DNA of 64,000 nucleotides, taken from an uncultured Acidobacteriota bacterium (GTDB lineage: Bacteria; Acidobacteriota; UBA6911; RPQK01; JAPXNP01). Numbering within the stretch: the stretch's first letter is position 1; each line of letters starts with the position of its first letter. The translations under genes were made by a program, and so were the position numbers. Shown here in pieces: positions 9,949-19,869 of the stretch. The stretch covers positions 1-64,000 of the forward strand of contig CAVZRV010000031.1 in the NCBI GenBank assembly GCA_963777605.1. Direction: 5' to 3'. The notes beneath the pieces are model-generated. The model did not search any database. It worked only from the letters and a program-made list of their open reading frames with translations, and had not been told where the DNA came from.

Positions 9949-11237
9949 TGGATCGAGAGAACGGCCCGATCCGGATCGCGCTCGCTCTTTCTGGCGGAGG
10001 ATTCCGGGCGTCGATCTTCCATCTAGGGATGCTTCGCCGCGTGGCCGAAGCCGGATGGCTGGACCAGATCGACTTCTTGTCAACCGTCTCGGGCGGGAGC
10101 CTGGTCGGAGCCTTCTCGGCGCTTCGCTGGGAGGAAGTTCTGACAGCAGGCGGAACCGTCGACGCGCTGCAGAAAAACATCATCACACCCTTTCTCGATC
10201 TCATTCAATCCCGGAATTTCATCCGGGACTGGGTCCTCCGGTGGCCCTTGATTCCATTTCACAAGTTCGACAGGACCTACACCCGGACCAAGCTCGCCGC
10301 GCGCCTCCTGGACCGCCGGTTCTTCGACCGGAAACGCTGCTCCGAGCTCCCGGAACGGCCCCGCCTCGTGATCAACGCCACGGGACTCGTCTCCATCCGC
10401 TCGTGGCGATTTACCCGAAGCGGCCTGGGTGATTCAAGACAGGGGCATGCAGCTTGGGGCGACCATCCCTTGACCCTGGGCGAAGCCGCCGGAGCCAGTG
10501 CCGCGTTTCCCCCGGTCTTTCCCCCCACCCGAATCCGCCGGGGCGACTACCATTTCGGCCCGCCAATATACTCCGAAGCGCCCCTGCCCGAACGGGCGAT
10601 TATCCCGCTGACCGACGGCGGCGTCTATGACAACATGGGGCTGGAGGTACTTACAAAGCCCACCCCGATCCCGGTTGACGAGACTCTGGATGTCAGCCAG
10701 ATGTTGGTCTCAAGCGATGCCGGCTACCCGGCGCAGTTCCGGTTTCGGAACAGCGGCATCCCGCTCGTCTCGGAAGGGCTCCTGCTCTACCGCGCCGACG
10801 ACATTGCCCGGGCTCAGGTCAATGCCCTGAGAACCCGAAACCTGATCAATGAATTTCGGGATCCGCAGAGCCCGGTCAATGGCATCCTTGTTTCGCTCGG
10901 TAGCAGCCTCGACCGTCTTCCCCCGAAAGCCTTCCAGGAATACACGGAGGCGGTTCCTTCGAACCTGCAGATCCCTTCGGAGTTCATCGGGCGCATTCAG
11001 TCAATCCGGACCCACCTCGACCGGTTTTCGTCGGTCGAATGCGAGGCCCTGATGTACCACGCCTACCTCCTCACAGACGCCTTCCTTTGGCATTACCGCG
11101 ATACCCTCCCTGCAGCATACCGAGTGCCCAGGGAATCCAGCCCGGCGTGGCAAATCGATTTTGACAGCGCCAAGAATTCTGAGTGGAAGAAGGGTCTGGC
11201 CAACTCCCACAAGCGACGCATCCTCTGGCCCCGGTGA
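9948..11237 (+). CDS. Patatin-like phospholipase
   Basis: LSGGGFRA, STVSGG, SAAFP, DGGVYDN; TGATG coupling to the MBL gene. Confidence 0.9.
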   Translation: MDRENGPIRIALALSGGGFRASIFHLGMLRRVAEAGWLDQIDFLSTVSGGSLVGAFSALRWEEVLTAGGTVDALQKNIITPFLDLIQSRNFIRDWVLRWPLIPFHKFDRTYTRTKLAARLLDRRFFDRKRCSELPERPRLVINATGLVSIRSWRFTRSGLGDSRQGHAAWGDHPLTLGEAAGASAAFPPVFPPTRIRRGDYHFGPPIYSEAPLPERAIIPLTDGGVYDNMGLEVLTKPTPIPVDETLDVSQMLVSSDAGYPAQFRFRNSGIPLVSEGLLLYRADDIARAQVNALRTRNLINEFRDPQSPVNGILVSLGSSLDRLPPKAFQEYTEAVPSNLQIPSEFIGRIQSIRTHLDRFSSVECEALMYHAYLLTDAFLWHYRDTLPAAYRVPRESSPAWQIDFDSAKNSEWKKGLANSHKRRILWPR

Positions 11238-11428
11238 ACTGAGAGCAGGTCGCGCGGGGCTTCGGATTAATGAAGGCCTCGAGCAACCAGCTGAGTCTCT
11301 CCAGCCAACTCCACAAAACGATAAGTGGCTCAAAGGAAGGAGTTTAATCGATCCGAAAGGATGCCCCGGTCGAGGGCAATGAAGGAGATGGCCGAGTGGA
11401 AAACCTCCCGGCGTACCAACCATACTAA

Positions 11429-11453
11429 GGGCATTGTCAACTTAAGGCGATAG
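11429..11453 (-). mobile_element. IS6-type terminal inverted repeat remnant
   Basis: GGGCATTGTCAACTTAAGGCGATAG, identical to 19845-19869. Confidence 0.65.
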
Positions 11454-11696
11454 CGGAAGGCAAGAGAAAGAAGACTCGAGGCGCGGAAAAGGATCCGACT
11501 CAGGGAGGCTTTGCGAGATCCGTGCCTCGATCGCACCTTACGCGCTGAAACTCGAAACCTCGGAACCCCGAAAATCTCGCGGAATCGGAAACCCGCCACC
11601 GGGGAGTTCCCGGCCGGTCCGGAGAACCTTCCAAGTACTGGATGCGTTCTCCTGCTGTGGCCTCTGCGCCAGATTCAGAGTGCCCGAGGAGTTCAC

Positions 11697-13058
11697 ATGC
11701 ACTGCGACCGACACGCGATTCTGTTTCCAGCCTTCACGATGCTGCTGTCTTCCTTTCTGGGGGCGGCTCCGGTGATGGACAATTCCCCTGCCCGGAAAGT
11801 AGATGCCTTGTTTCAGACGATTGGCGCAACGGCACCGGGAGCCGCGATCCTGGTTACCGAAAACGGCCGGGTGCTGTACGAGCAGGGATACGGCCTGGCA
11901 GACGTCGAAAAAGAGGTGCCCCTGACCCCGACCACCCGGGTCTGTATCGCATCGGTGACCAAACAGTTCACCGCTGCCGCCGTCCTGATTTTGAGCGAGC
12001 GAGGTCGGATCAATCTCGATCAGCCGGTTCAGGCTTATCTGCCCGACTTCTCACACAGCGATATCACGGTCCGACAGCTGCTCACCCACACCTCCGGCTT
12101 GCCGGACTTTGTCAGTTATGATCAGGCGAACGCGATGCCTCTCGACGCGAGCCCGGGGGATCGGCTGAACTACAGCAACACGGGGTACATGGTGCTGGGC
12201 AAACTCATCGAGGAAGTCTCGGGCCTCTCTTATGCCGTGTTTCTGGATGAGAACATCTTCAAGCCCCTGATGATGGAAAACACGGGTCTCGACTCGGCGG
12301 CATCGGTCTCCTCGCGAGCCCAGGGCTACCTGAACGACGGCAATGGTCTTCGGGCGACGCCTCCCCATTCCGTGGAAGACGCCTATGCCGCAGGCGGTCT
12401 GCATTCTACGGTCGAGGATCTCTATCTGTGGGACCAGTCCTGGTATGACAATCGCCTGCTTCGTCCCGCCAGTATCGAGGCAGCATTGACGCCGGTACAG
12501 TTAAACGATGGCCGAAAGGCCCCCTATGGATTCGGCTGGATGATCACCGAGTTTCGCGGTGCGCGTGAAATCTCCCACGGAGGCGACATCACCGGGTTCA
12601 ACTCGTTCATCGCTCGATATCCGGACCTGCACTTCAGTGTTGTGGTGCTGAGCAATATCGGGATGCGTCCGCCCGGGCCCCTGCCCAGCGCCGCCGATCT
12701 GGCCCACGCGATTGCAGCCATTTACCTGGATGAGAAGCTGGCTCCCGACCAGGTTCCAGTTCCCGTTGAGGTCGATGCGTCCGTTTTGCGCACCTACGTG
12801 GGGCGCTATCGCCTTGATGCCCCGGCACAGATCACCAGCGAGTCCGGCGAAATTTTCACCATCACCCTCGAAGACGGCCACCTCCTGGGAGAAAGCAAGA
12901 ATGGGAAAGAGGAGCTGTTTGCGGACTCGGAGACGGTGTTTCATCCGGTTGGATTTCCGGTCAAGATTACGTTCCTCCGCAGCCCGGGTGGAACGGTCGA
13001 TGAACTACTCTTCAGCCTGATGGGACTGCGCGAATTCGCGGCCCACCGTGTAGACTGA
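11697..13058 (+). CDS. Serine hydrolase, class C beta-lactamase family, with C-terminal DUF3471-like domain
   Basis: SVTK, LLTHTSG, YSN and HGG motifs; signal-like N-terminus; GAGGAG RBS. Confidence 0.9.
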   Translation: MHCDRHAILFPAFTMLLSSFLGAAPVMDNSPARKVDALFQTIGATAPGAAILVTENGRVLYEQGYGLADVEKEVPLTPTTRVCIASVTKQFTAAAVLILSERGRINLDQPVQAYLPDFSHSDITVRQLLTHTSGLPDFVSYDQANAMPLDASPGDRLNYSNTGYMVLGKLIEEVSGLSYAVFLDENIFKPLMMENTGLDSAASVSSRAQGYLNDGNGLRATPPHSVEDAYAAGGLHSTVEDLYLWDQSWYDNRLLRPASIEAALTPVQLNDGRKAPYGFGWMITEFRGAREISHGGDITGFNSFIARYPDLHFSVVVLSNIGMRPPGPLPSAADLAHAIAAIYLDEKLAPDQVPVPVEVDASVLRTYVGRYRLDAPAQITSESGEIFTITLEDGHLLGESKNGKEELFADSETVFHPVGFPVKITFLRSPGGTVDELLFSLMGLREFAAHRVD

Positions 13059-13109
13059 GGGGACCACAGCAACAGCCGAGGGGTTCTGGAAATCGGCCGG
13101 TCGAGGGAT

Positions 13110-13177
13110 GGCACTGTCTACCATAGGATTCTGAGAGAAAGAGAATCATAAGAGTTCGGTATCCAGCAGCCGCAGAA
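13110..13177. repeat. ~65-bp dispersed repeat, copy 2 (probable IS terminus)
   Basis: Begins GGCACTGTCTACC; near-identical to 6833-6902. Confidence 0.75.
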
Positions 13178-13264
13178 CGACACCCCGCTAATGGTCGCTT
13201 CGCCCTTCATCCCAACCTTCGCCATCGGCCATCGGATCATCGGCCTCATCCGCCATCGGTGTCA

Positions 13265-13651
13265 TCAGCGCTTCCCCTTCTCGCACATCAACGAGAAGAC
13301 GTTCCCCTCGGGGTCGCGGTAGAAGGCCATCCAGAGGTCGTGGTCGGGCATCGGGGCGACGAAGCGGGGTTCGTGCTCGACGGCGACGTCGTGTGCGACG
13401 AGCGCAGCGTGGGATGCGTCGATGTCGGGGGTCTTGTAGTAGATGATCGACGCCGGGTTGTCGAGCTCCGGCTTCTCGGCGGTTCCGAGCATCAGGCGGA
13501 CTCCGCCGCAGTCGAAAAAGGCAAGATTGCCGCCCGGCTGGAAAAGAAATCTGAGACCGACGGCGTCGCGATAGAAGGCGACGGCACGACCGAGATCTTT
13601 GACGTTGACGTGGATCTGTCCGATGGAAGTGACTGCTGGGGTCTGGTTCAT
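13265..13651 (-). CDS. VOC/glyoxalase family protein
   Basis: IGQIHVNV.D...AVAFYRD..GL, FYRDPEGN. Confidence 0.9.
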   Translation of the reverse strand: MNQTPAVTSIGQIHVNVKDLGRAVAFYRDAVGLRFLFQPGGNLAFFDCGGVRLMLGTAEKPELDNPASIIYYKTPDIDASHAALVAHDVAVEHEPRFVAPMPDHDLWMAFYRDPEGNVFSLMCEKGKR

Positions 13652-13669
13652 AGCGACTCTCCTATTTAT

Positions 13670-13693
13670 TTAGCTAGGCTAACGAATTATAAT
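13670..13693. promoter_or_regulatory. Putative MarR operator and -10 box
   Basis: Inverted repeat TTAGC-TAG-GCTAA (13670-13682); TATAAT (13688-13693) 6 nt before the marR ATG. Confidence 0.55.
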
Positions 13694-13699
13694 CAGGGC

Positions 13700-14152
13700 A
13701 TGAGTGGAAAGGCAACCGCTTCGAATCGCGCGGCCGACCGGGCCGCGGTCGCCGACCGTCTTCATTCTCTGGCGATCCATCTTCTGCGCCGGATCCGGAG
13801 GCACGACGACGCGACGGCCGTTCCGGCGCCGTCGCTCTCGGCGCTATCGGTCGTCGTTTTCGGCGGACCGATGACGCTCGGCGATCTCGCCCGCGCGGAG
13901 CAGGTCCGGCCGCCGTCGATGACGCGCGTGGTGCAGGACCTTGAGGCGCGCGGGCTCGTGGCGCGCGACCCGGACCGCGAGGACAAGCGCGTCACCCGAA
14001 TCCGCGCGACGGCGAAGGGGCGGAGGCTGATGACCACCGGGCGCAGTCGGAGGATTCACGCAATCGTCGAGATGCTGGATGGAGCGGGGCGCGACGACCT
14101 TCGCGCGATCGAACACGCGATCGACCTGCTCGAACCGATCGTGAAGAGGTAG
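13700..14152 (+). CDS. MarR family transcriptional regulator
   Basis: LARAEQVRPPSMTRVVQDLEARGLV.R..D.EDKR...T.KGR. Confidence 0.92.
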   Translation: MSGKATASNRAADRAAVADRLHSLAIHLLRRIRRHDDATAVPAPSLSALSVVVFGGPMTLGDLARAEQVRPPSMTRVVQDLEARGLVARDPDREDKRVTRIRATAKGRRLMTTGRSRRIHAIVEMLDGAGRDDLRAIEHAIDLLEPIVKR

Positions 14153-14189
14153 CTATGGCCCGGGACCGTATCAAAATATGTACCATGAG

Positions 14190-14790
14190 AATACTTTCAA
14201 CTTCGGGGCGGGCTGACGGGGTTCCCGACGAGGACTGTTTTCCCGACCCTGAAGATTGGACTGCTTTTCCCCGTTCAGGACCTCGATCCGGCCGATCTGG
14301 ACCCCCGATTCCGGGTTAGATCGGCTTCCCCTTCGGACTGGCCAACCGTATCAGATTCATAGCCGTCACCAGGTCGCCGACCTCCAGCGTCTCCTTCGCC
14401 CATCCCCACAGCCGGAACCGCGTAAAACCAAGATTCCGTTTCAACATTCCAAATCGGGTCTCCACCTCCCAGCCGCGTCGTTTCCTCAACGCCACTCCTT
14501 CCTCCGACGTCAGCCGTTTCCGAACCTTTGCCTGATGCGCCCCGAGTGACCCCCGTCATGCGGACTCTGACTCAGCGAATACCCCACAATGAACCCGTTC
14601 TCCGTCCCGATCTGCAGGTTGTAGACCGCCCGTAACTCCCCACTTTTCATGCGCATGAACGTCGCCCAGGATCCGTCTTCGAGTACGAGTTCCGTTCTCC
14701 TAACTCCGCCTCCTGCTCAAGCTTGCGCACCTGCCGACGTCGCTCCTGCCTCCCCTGTGGCTTCTGCTCAAGCAGAAGCATGAGACCAGT
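14190..14790 (-). mobile_element. IS1182-family transposase remnant (broken)
   Basis: Minus strand NSYSKTDP / ATFMRMKSGELRAVYNLQIGTENGFIVGYS, with frameshifts. Confidence 0.7.
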
Positions 14791-14923
14791 TATCCGAGAG
14801 CTGCCCTAATAAAGGCATTTCTAAACCGGAGTGGACCTTTCAAACACGAAAACCAGAAGGAGATGGCCATGAGTCTAGACAATATGATCGGGCGAATGTG
14901 GCACCGCGCCAAACTCTTGTCGG

Positions 14924-15025
14924 TCAACGTTCGCGCTCAGCTGACGTGCGGCGGTCGCGGGAGTGGACTCGTTGTCGGAAGGCGGCTACAGCTTTCTTGA
15001 CGGTGTGTCTTGCGTAGTAGCGGGG
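14924..15025 (-). pseudogene. C-terminal part of the RepB-primase gene split by RIT2
   Basis: Joining at GCGGGG restores ...DKTNPR-YYARHTVKKAVAAFRQ...ERER*. Confidence 0.8.
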
Positions 15026-15290
15026 TTATGCCGAGCTCGGCATAACCCCGCTTATGCCGAGTCCCGGATTATGCCGAGCGATTCGAGTGTTTCCAGGATG
15101 AATCGGGAAAGCACTGATATGTCCTCGGCATAACCTCCCGCCTCTTCTATAGTCCCCTCATCGCGGCACCTTCCCGCCTTGGTCAGACTGGGTTTCGAGG
15201 TGATTGAAGCCAGTCGAGGTGCCGGTCCACTTTTGTGAATGGCCGGGACAGCTCCGATCTGTGTCAGCTGACCTGACCGAGGAGGACACG

Positions 15291-16514
15291 ATGACGGTGA
15301 GGCACTTCTTTCGTCGCCCAGAGACGCTTCGACGATTTCGTGAAGGCCCATTGGGACCTTACGTCGACGCATACGCCGAGCTACTGCATGCCGAGAACTA
15401 CACTCGGTGGACCGCTCGCCAACAGATTCGATCCGTGGCCCAGTTCAGTCACTGGTTGAAGGATCGAGGCATTCGTTTCGAAGATGTGCGCCGTGAACAC
15501 TTCGAGGACTATCCTCGAAGTCGCCTGCGCTGGGTTCGCCCGGCGCTGGAGCGGTTCATGCGGCTCGCCTTCCCTCGCAATCACTGTGCCGAGCAGCCGA
15601 AGCCCCGGGTCGATGGCACGATCGAGTCGGTGACGGAGGACTTCGCTCGGTTCCTCCTGCAGGAAAGGGGGCTGGCTTCCGGCACCTGCCGCTACTATGT
15701 CCGCTTCGCTGAGGGCTTCCTGAGACAGCAGTCCGGTACCGGCCCACTTGATCTGACACGCCTGTCTGCAGCCCAAATCGCAGGATTCGTTCAGGCGGAA
15801 GCCGTTTGCCTGTCGAAGGGTCGAGTGGGTCTGATCACAGCCGCCCTTCGGTCCTTTCTCCGCTTCGCTTATTACCGCGGTCACTTACCTCGAGACTTAG
15901 CAGGTTGCGTGCCGCCAGTGGCGCATTGGGCGCAGGCAAGTCTGCCGAAGTATCTCTCGCCTCATCAGGTCCAACGGGTCCTCTCCCACTGCGACCGCCT
16001 GACGGCACGAGGCAAACGGGACTACGCGATTTTGCTTTTGCTTGCCCGACTGGGCCTGCGGGCGGGAGAGGTCGCCGCTTTGAGACTGGAGGACATCGAC
16101 TGGCACACGGGAGTCCTGACCGTACAGAGCAAGGGGGGACACCTTCGACAGTATCCCTTACTTCCCGACGTCGGGGCCGCTCTGGCCGACTATCTCCAAG
16201 ACGGTCGCCCGAAGTGTGGACAGCGACTGCTCTTTCTTCGTGCGGTGGCTCCGGTCAAGGCGCTTCACGGTCAGGCGGCGATCAGCTCCATCGTGAAAGC
16301 TGTACTCCAGCGGGCCGGCGTACAGACCCCCCGGCAGGGCGCGCATGTCTTTCGCCACACTTTGGCGACCACGCTGTTGCGACAAGGAGCTTCATTGACG
16401 GAGGTCGGTACGGTCCTGGGGCATCAGAGCCCGACGACTACCGCGCTCTATGCCAAAGTCGACATGGATTCCTTACGGTCGATCGCGCCGAGTTGGCCGG
16501 GAGGTGAGCGATGA
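15291..16514 (+). CDS. RitA-type tyrosine recombinase
   Basis: RDYAILLLLARLGLRAGE, HVFRHT, LGHQSPTTTALY; GGAGG RBS. Confidence 0.92.
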   Translation: MTVRHFFRRPETLRRFREGPLGPYVDAYAELLHAENYTRWTARQQIRSVAQFSHWLKDRGIRFEDVRREHFEDYPRSRLRWVRPALERFMRLAFPRNHCAEQPKPRVDGTIESVTEDFARFLLQERGLASGTCRYYVRFAEGFLRQQSGTGPLDLTRLSAAQIAGFVQAEAVCLSKGRVGLITAALRSFLRFAYYRGHLPRDLAGCVPPVAHWAQASLPKYLSPHQVQRVLSHCDRLTARGKRDYAILLLLARLGLRAGEVAALRLEDIDWHTGVLTVQSKGGHLRQYPLLPDVGAALADYLQDGRPKCGQRLLFLRAVAPVKALHGQAAISSIVKAVLQRAGVQTPRQGAHVFRHTLATTLLRQGASLTEVGTVLGHQSPTTTALYAKVDMDSLRSIAPSWPGGER

Positions 16515-17434
16515 TGGCGGCGGTGGGAGATTACCTGGCTTTGCGCCGTTCGCTCGGGTTTCGTCTCGAGGACTATGAACGTTATCTGGAGTCGTTTGTC
16601 CGGTTCATGGAAAGGAGACGAGCCCCCTATATCACTATCCCTCTGGCGTTGGAGTGGGCCCAGGACACGCCCTCAAGACGTCCGGCCGAATGGGCACGTC
16701 GATTGAGTCGCGTGCGTGGTTTTGCCGAATACTGGAGGGCCATCGATCCCCGTACCGAAGTCCCACCCTGGTTTCTCCTACCCTTCCGTTCGCGTCGTGC
16801 CCGCCCGTACCTCTACTCTCTCGAGGAGATTCAGCGACTGCTCAACGAGGCTTTGCACCTGCCGCCGGAAGGCGGGCTCCGAGCTCACACCTACTATACG
16901 TTGTTGGGGCTGTTGGCTTGTACAGGTTTGCGACTCGGGGAAGCGCTCAACCTCCGTGTGGAAGATGTTGATCTGAGGGAGCGTTTCCTGACCATTGAGC
17001 AGACCAAGTTCGGGAAGTCGAGACTGGTTCCTCTTCACGCTTCAACGATCGCCGCCCTGAAAGACTATGCCTCCCGTCGGGATCGCTTTCTGGGCGGACG
17101 GCCCGCCGTCCGATTTCTCGTATCCCAGCGGGCCAAGCGCCTCGTCGAATGCGTCGTTCATCAGACCTTCAATCAGTTGTCCCGGCAGACCGGTCTGCGC
17201 GGTCCCTCGGACAGCCACGGTCCCCGCCTGCACGATTTTCGTCACCGCTTCGCGATGGAAACACTGCGAACATGGTATCGATCCGGAGAGGACGTCGAGC
17301 GCCGCTTGCCGATCCTTTCCACCTACCTGGGCCATGTGAGAGTTGAAGACACGTACTGGTACTTGCAGGCGTGTCCGGAACTACTGGGGCTGGCCATTCA
17401 GCGCTTGGAGGATCGGTGGGAGGCTCCTCTATGA
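16511..17434 (+). CDS. RitB-type tyrosine recombinase
   Basis: TGLRLGEA, TKFGKSRLVPLH, HDFRHRF, LSTYLGH...TYWY. Confidence 0.92.
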   Translation: MMAAVGDYLALRRSLGFRLEDYERYLESFVRFMERRRAPYITIPLALEWAQDTPSRRPAEWARRLSRVRGFAEYWRAIDPRTEVPPWFLLPFRSRRARPYLYSLEEIQRLLNEALHLPPEGGLRAHTYYTLLGLLACTGLRLGEALNLRVEDVDLRERFLTIEQTKFGKSRLVPLHASTIAALKDYASRRDRFLGGRPAVRFLVSQRAKRLVECVVHQTFNQLSRQTGLRGPSDSHGPRLHDFRHRFAMETLRTWYRSGEDVERRLPILSTYLGHVRVEDTYWYLQACPELLGLAIQRLEDRWEAPL

Positions 17435-18432
17435 ACTCGACTCAAAGCAATTTTGCCGGCTTGCTACAGACCTTCTTCAGCAAGCGGCTGATGAGCCAAC
17501 GTCAGGTCAGCCGGCACACGATCGGAGTCTATCGCGACACGTTTCGTCTGCTGCTTGTATTCGCTCACAAGCGCCTGGGTAAGAGTCCCTCCCGGCTTTC
17601 CTTGAGTGATCTGAGCGCCCCCTTGATCGCCGCTTTCTTGGAGGACCTGGAGCAGACCCGCCGAAACAGTGTGCGTACGCGCAATCTGAGGCTCAGTGCC
17701 ATCCGCTCTTTCTTTCACTTCGCGGCGTATGAATCGCCGGCACAAGCGGCCGACATTCAGCGGGTGCTGGCGATTCCCCGCAAGAGATACTCCCGCAAAC
17801 TGGTCCACTTCCTGGAACCGAAGGAGATTGAGTCACTGCTGGCGGCGCCGAGCCAAAGCACTTGGTCCGGAAGGCGTGACCACGCACTTCTCTTGGTTGC
17901 CGTGCAAACCGGATTACGTGTCTCCGAGTTGACGGCGCTGAACAGACAGGACATAACGTTCGGGATTGGAGCCCACCTGTCTTGCCTCGGCAAAGGGCGT
18001 AAGCAACGCTGTGTGCCCTTGACCAAGCAGACAGCCCGTGTGCTGAAGAGGTGGATGGAGGACCCAGCCAATCGTGATCAGGAAGTCCTGTTCCCCAACG
18101 CCCGCGGTGGCAGGTTGAGCAACGATGGAGTCCAATACCTGTTGGCCAAGCACGCGCGAGCGGCCGCTCAGACCTGTCCCTCTATCCAGGGAAAGTCAAT
18201 CAGTCCACACGTTCTGCGGCATACGACAGCGATGGAGCTCATGCAGGCGGGGGTTGACCGCTCGGTCATTGCTCTTTGGCTGGGACATGAATCCGTTGAG
18301 ACTACTCAAGTCTACCTGGACGCCAACCTCGCTCTCAAAGAACAGATCCTCGCCAGGACCTCTTCCACCGAAGAGCGTCTGCAGCGTTACCGCCCTGAAG
18401 ACAACCTTCTGGCTTTCCTCCGGAATCTGTAG
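17431..18432 (+). CDS. RitC-type tyrosine recombinase
   Basis: TGLRVSEL, GKGRKQR, SPHVLRHT, WLGHESVETTQVY. Confidence 0.92.
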   Translation: MNSTQSNFAGLLQTFFSKRLMSQRQVSRHTIGVYRDTFRLLLVFAHKRLGKSPSRLSLSDLSAPLIAAFLEDLEQTRRNSVRTRNLRLSAIRSFFHFAAYESPAQAADIQRVLAIPRKRYSRKLVHFLEPKEIESLLAAPSQSTWSGRRDHALLLVAVQTGLRVSELTALNRQDITFGIGAHLSCLGKGRKQRCVPLTKQTARVLKRWMEDPANRDQEVLFPNARGGRLSNDGVQYLLAKHARAAAQTCPSIQGKSISPHVLRHTTAMELMQAGVDRSVIALWLGHESVETTQVYLDANLALKEQILARTSSTEERLQRYRPEDNLLAFLRNL

Positions 18433-18548
18433 AGGACAGAAAGCTATGTCGAGTGATTCCGATCTAGACTCTGCCGGAATCCGGGAGATTCCAACTCTTC
18501 TTCGGGGTCCTCCCTCCGGTACTCGGCATAATCCGGGACTCGGCATAA

Positions 18549-19344
18549 GCGGGGGTTGGTCTTGTCAGAACGAAACTCGGCCATGGCGGTGATGATCTTT
18601 TCCTCGGGGACTCCTCGGGCCAGGGCTCGCATGGCGTAGGCCCAATCTCTTTCTGATTGAGAGCGGTGGCCGTCGGGGAGTTGGCGTTCTCCGGAGATCG
18701 GGGAGAGCTGCTCTGGGGTGAAGCGAGGGAATTGGTCGGGGCGGTAGATTTCGTCGGAGAGTTTCTCGGCCGTGACCGGATGGGGCGGGTCGTACTTGTG
18801 GTTGAGGAAGCCGGGGATTCGGAGGACCCGGGAGGAGTCGGTTGCGGCGGGGTCGGCTCCGGTTTCCCGGACGAGGGCGCGCTGGATGCCTTCGGCCTGG
18901 TCTGGTTCGAAGCCTTCCGCCTTCCAGATGATCTGGTACTTTCCGGCCGAGCTCTGGACGACATAGTTGGGGGTCGGGATGTCGGGTCGTTCCAGCAGGC
19001 GATTCAGCGCTTCGGGGCCGCCGTTGTCGAAATCCAGATAGATGTGGCGGATGGTGCCGATGTCCTCCTTGGTGCGGCCGGTTGCCTGGGGCCGGAGGGC
19101 ATTCATGGAGAGATAGACTTCGTAGCGGCGGGAGTTCATGAAGCGGAGCCACCGCTGGAAGTCTTCGGCGGCGATCCGCTCGGTCGAAGCAATCCGCTGA
19201 ACGACCCCGCCATGTCTTCGGTTGACGAGGACGAGCGCGACTCGGTCTTTGGGTTCGAAGTTGTCGCGGATGTAAGCGGCAGCCGTTTTCGAGTCGGTTC
19301 TCTTGGTCTTTCAAAGTGTCGGTTTGTGAGGTCCGGTCACTCAT
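18549..19344 (-). pseudogene. RepB-type DNA primase domain protein, N-terminal part, interrupted by RIT2
   Basis: YLSMNAL, HIYLDFD, SSAGKYQIIW, DPAATDSSRVLRIPGFLNHKY, SQSERDW; apparent frameshift near 19285. Confidence 0.8.
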
Positions 19345-19840
19345 GGTCTGCTCCATTTCGCCGGTACAAGACCTGCAGCTCATACCGGTCTCTGCCCGGA
19401 TCGTAGTGTTGGATTTCGAGGACCTCCGCGACCTGACGCCTGCCTTTTCGTCGTTCGATGTGCAGGAGGAGATGAATCGAGTCGGCGATGCTGCTTCGGA
19501 CCGCCATGTAGGGCAGCTCGACTCCGCTTTGAAGCACACAGCTCGTAAAGCGGGCGACGGCCTGTTCGGCTGAGTTGGCGTGGATCGTCGAAAGCGTTCC
19601 GGAGTGGCCAGTGTTGAGCGCCTGGAGAAGATCAAAGGCTTCCCCGCCCCGCACTTCGCCCAGGATGATCCGATCGGGCCGGTGGCGAAGGGCCGCCCGC
19701 AGGAGATCCCGGATCGTGACCGCCGGCAAGCCGGGATGATCGCGACGGGCTTCGAGGCGCACCAGGTTGGCCTTGTCGATCTGGATCTCGGCCCTGTCTT
19801 CGATGAGAATCAATCGACAGGAAGCGGGGACAAAGGCCGT
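19337..19840 (-). pseudogene. CpaF/TrbB/VirB11-family secretion ATPase, C-terminal fragment
   Basis: ALRHRPDRIILGEVRGGEA, NTGHSGTLSTIHANS; Walker A missing, truncated at the IS6 end. Confidence 0.85.
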
Positions 19841-19844
19841 CAGC

Positions 19845-19869
19845 GGGCATTGTCAACTTAAGGCGATAG
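19845..19869 (-). mobile_element. IS6-type terminal inverted repeat remnant
   Basis: GGGCATTGTCAACTTAAGGCGATAG. Confidence 0.65.

Larger units (their letters stand above)
15026..18554 (+). mobile_element. RIT element 2 (apparently intact)
   Basis: Perfect 27-bp IRs (15052-15078 / 18522-18548), palindrome 15026-15045, GCGGGG at both flanks, three intact integrases. Confidence 0.93.

Noticed and set aside
11697-13058. Beta-lactam resistance gene
   Set aside because: The motifs define only the broad serine hydrolase family; activity cannot be inferred.
14920-15000. attC-like stretch (GTCAACGTTCGCGCTCAGCTGACG...)
   Set aside because: Lacks a proper matching GTTRRRY end, no integron integrase is present, and it is explained as the 3' end of the split repB.
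15020-15133. Repeated TTATGCCGAG units resembling a CRISPR or iteron array
   Set aside because: They are RIT terminal and subterminal sites; no regular spacers and no cas genes.
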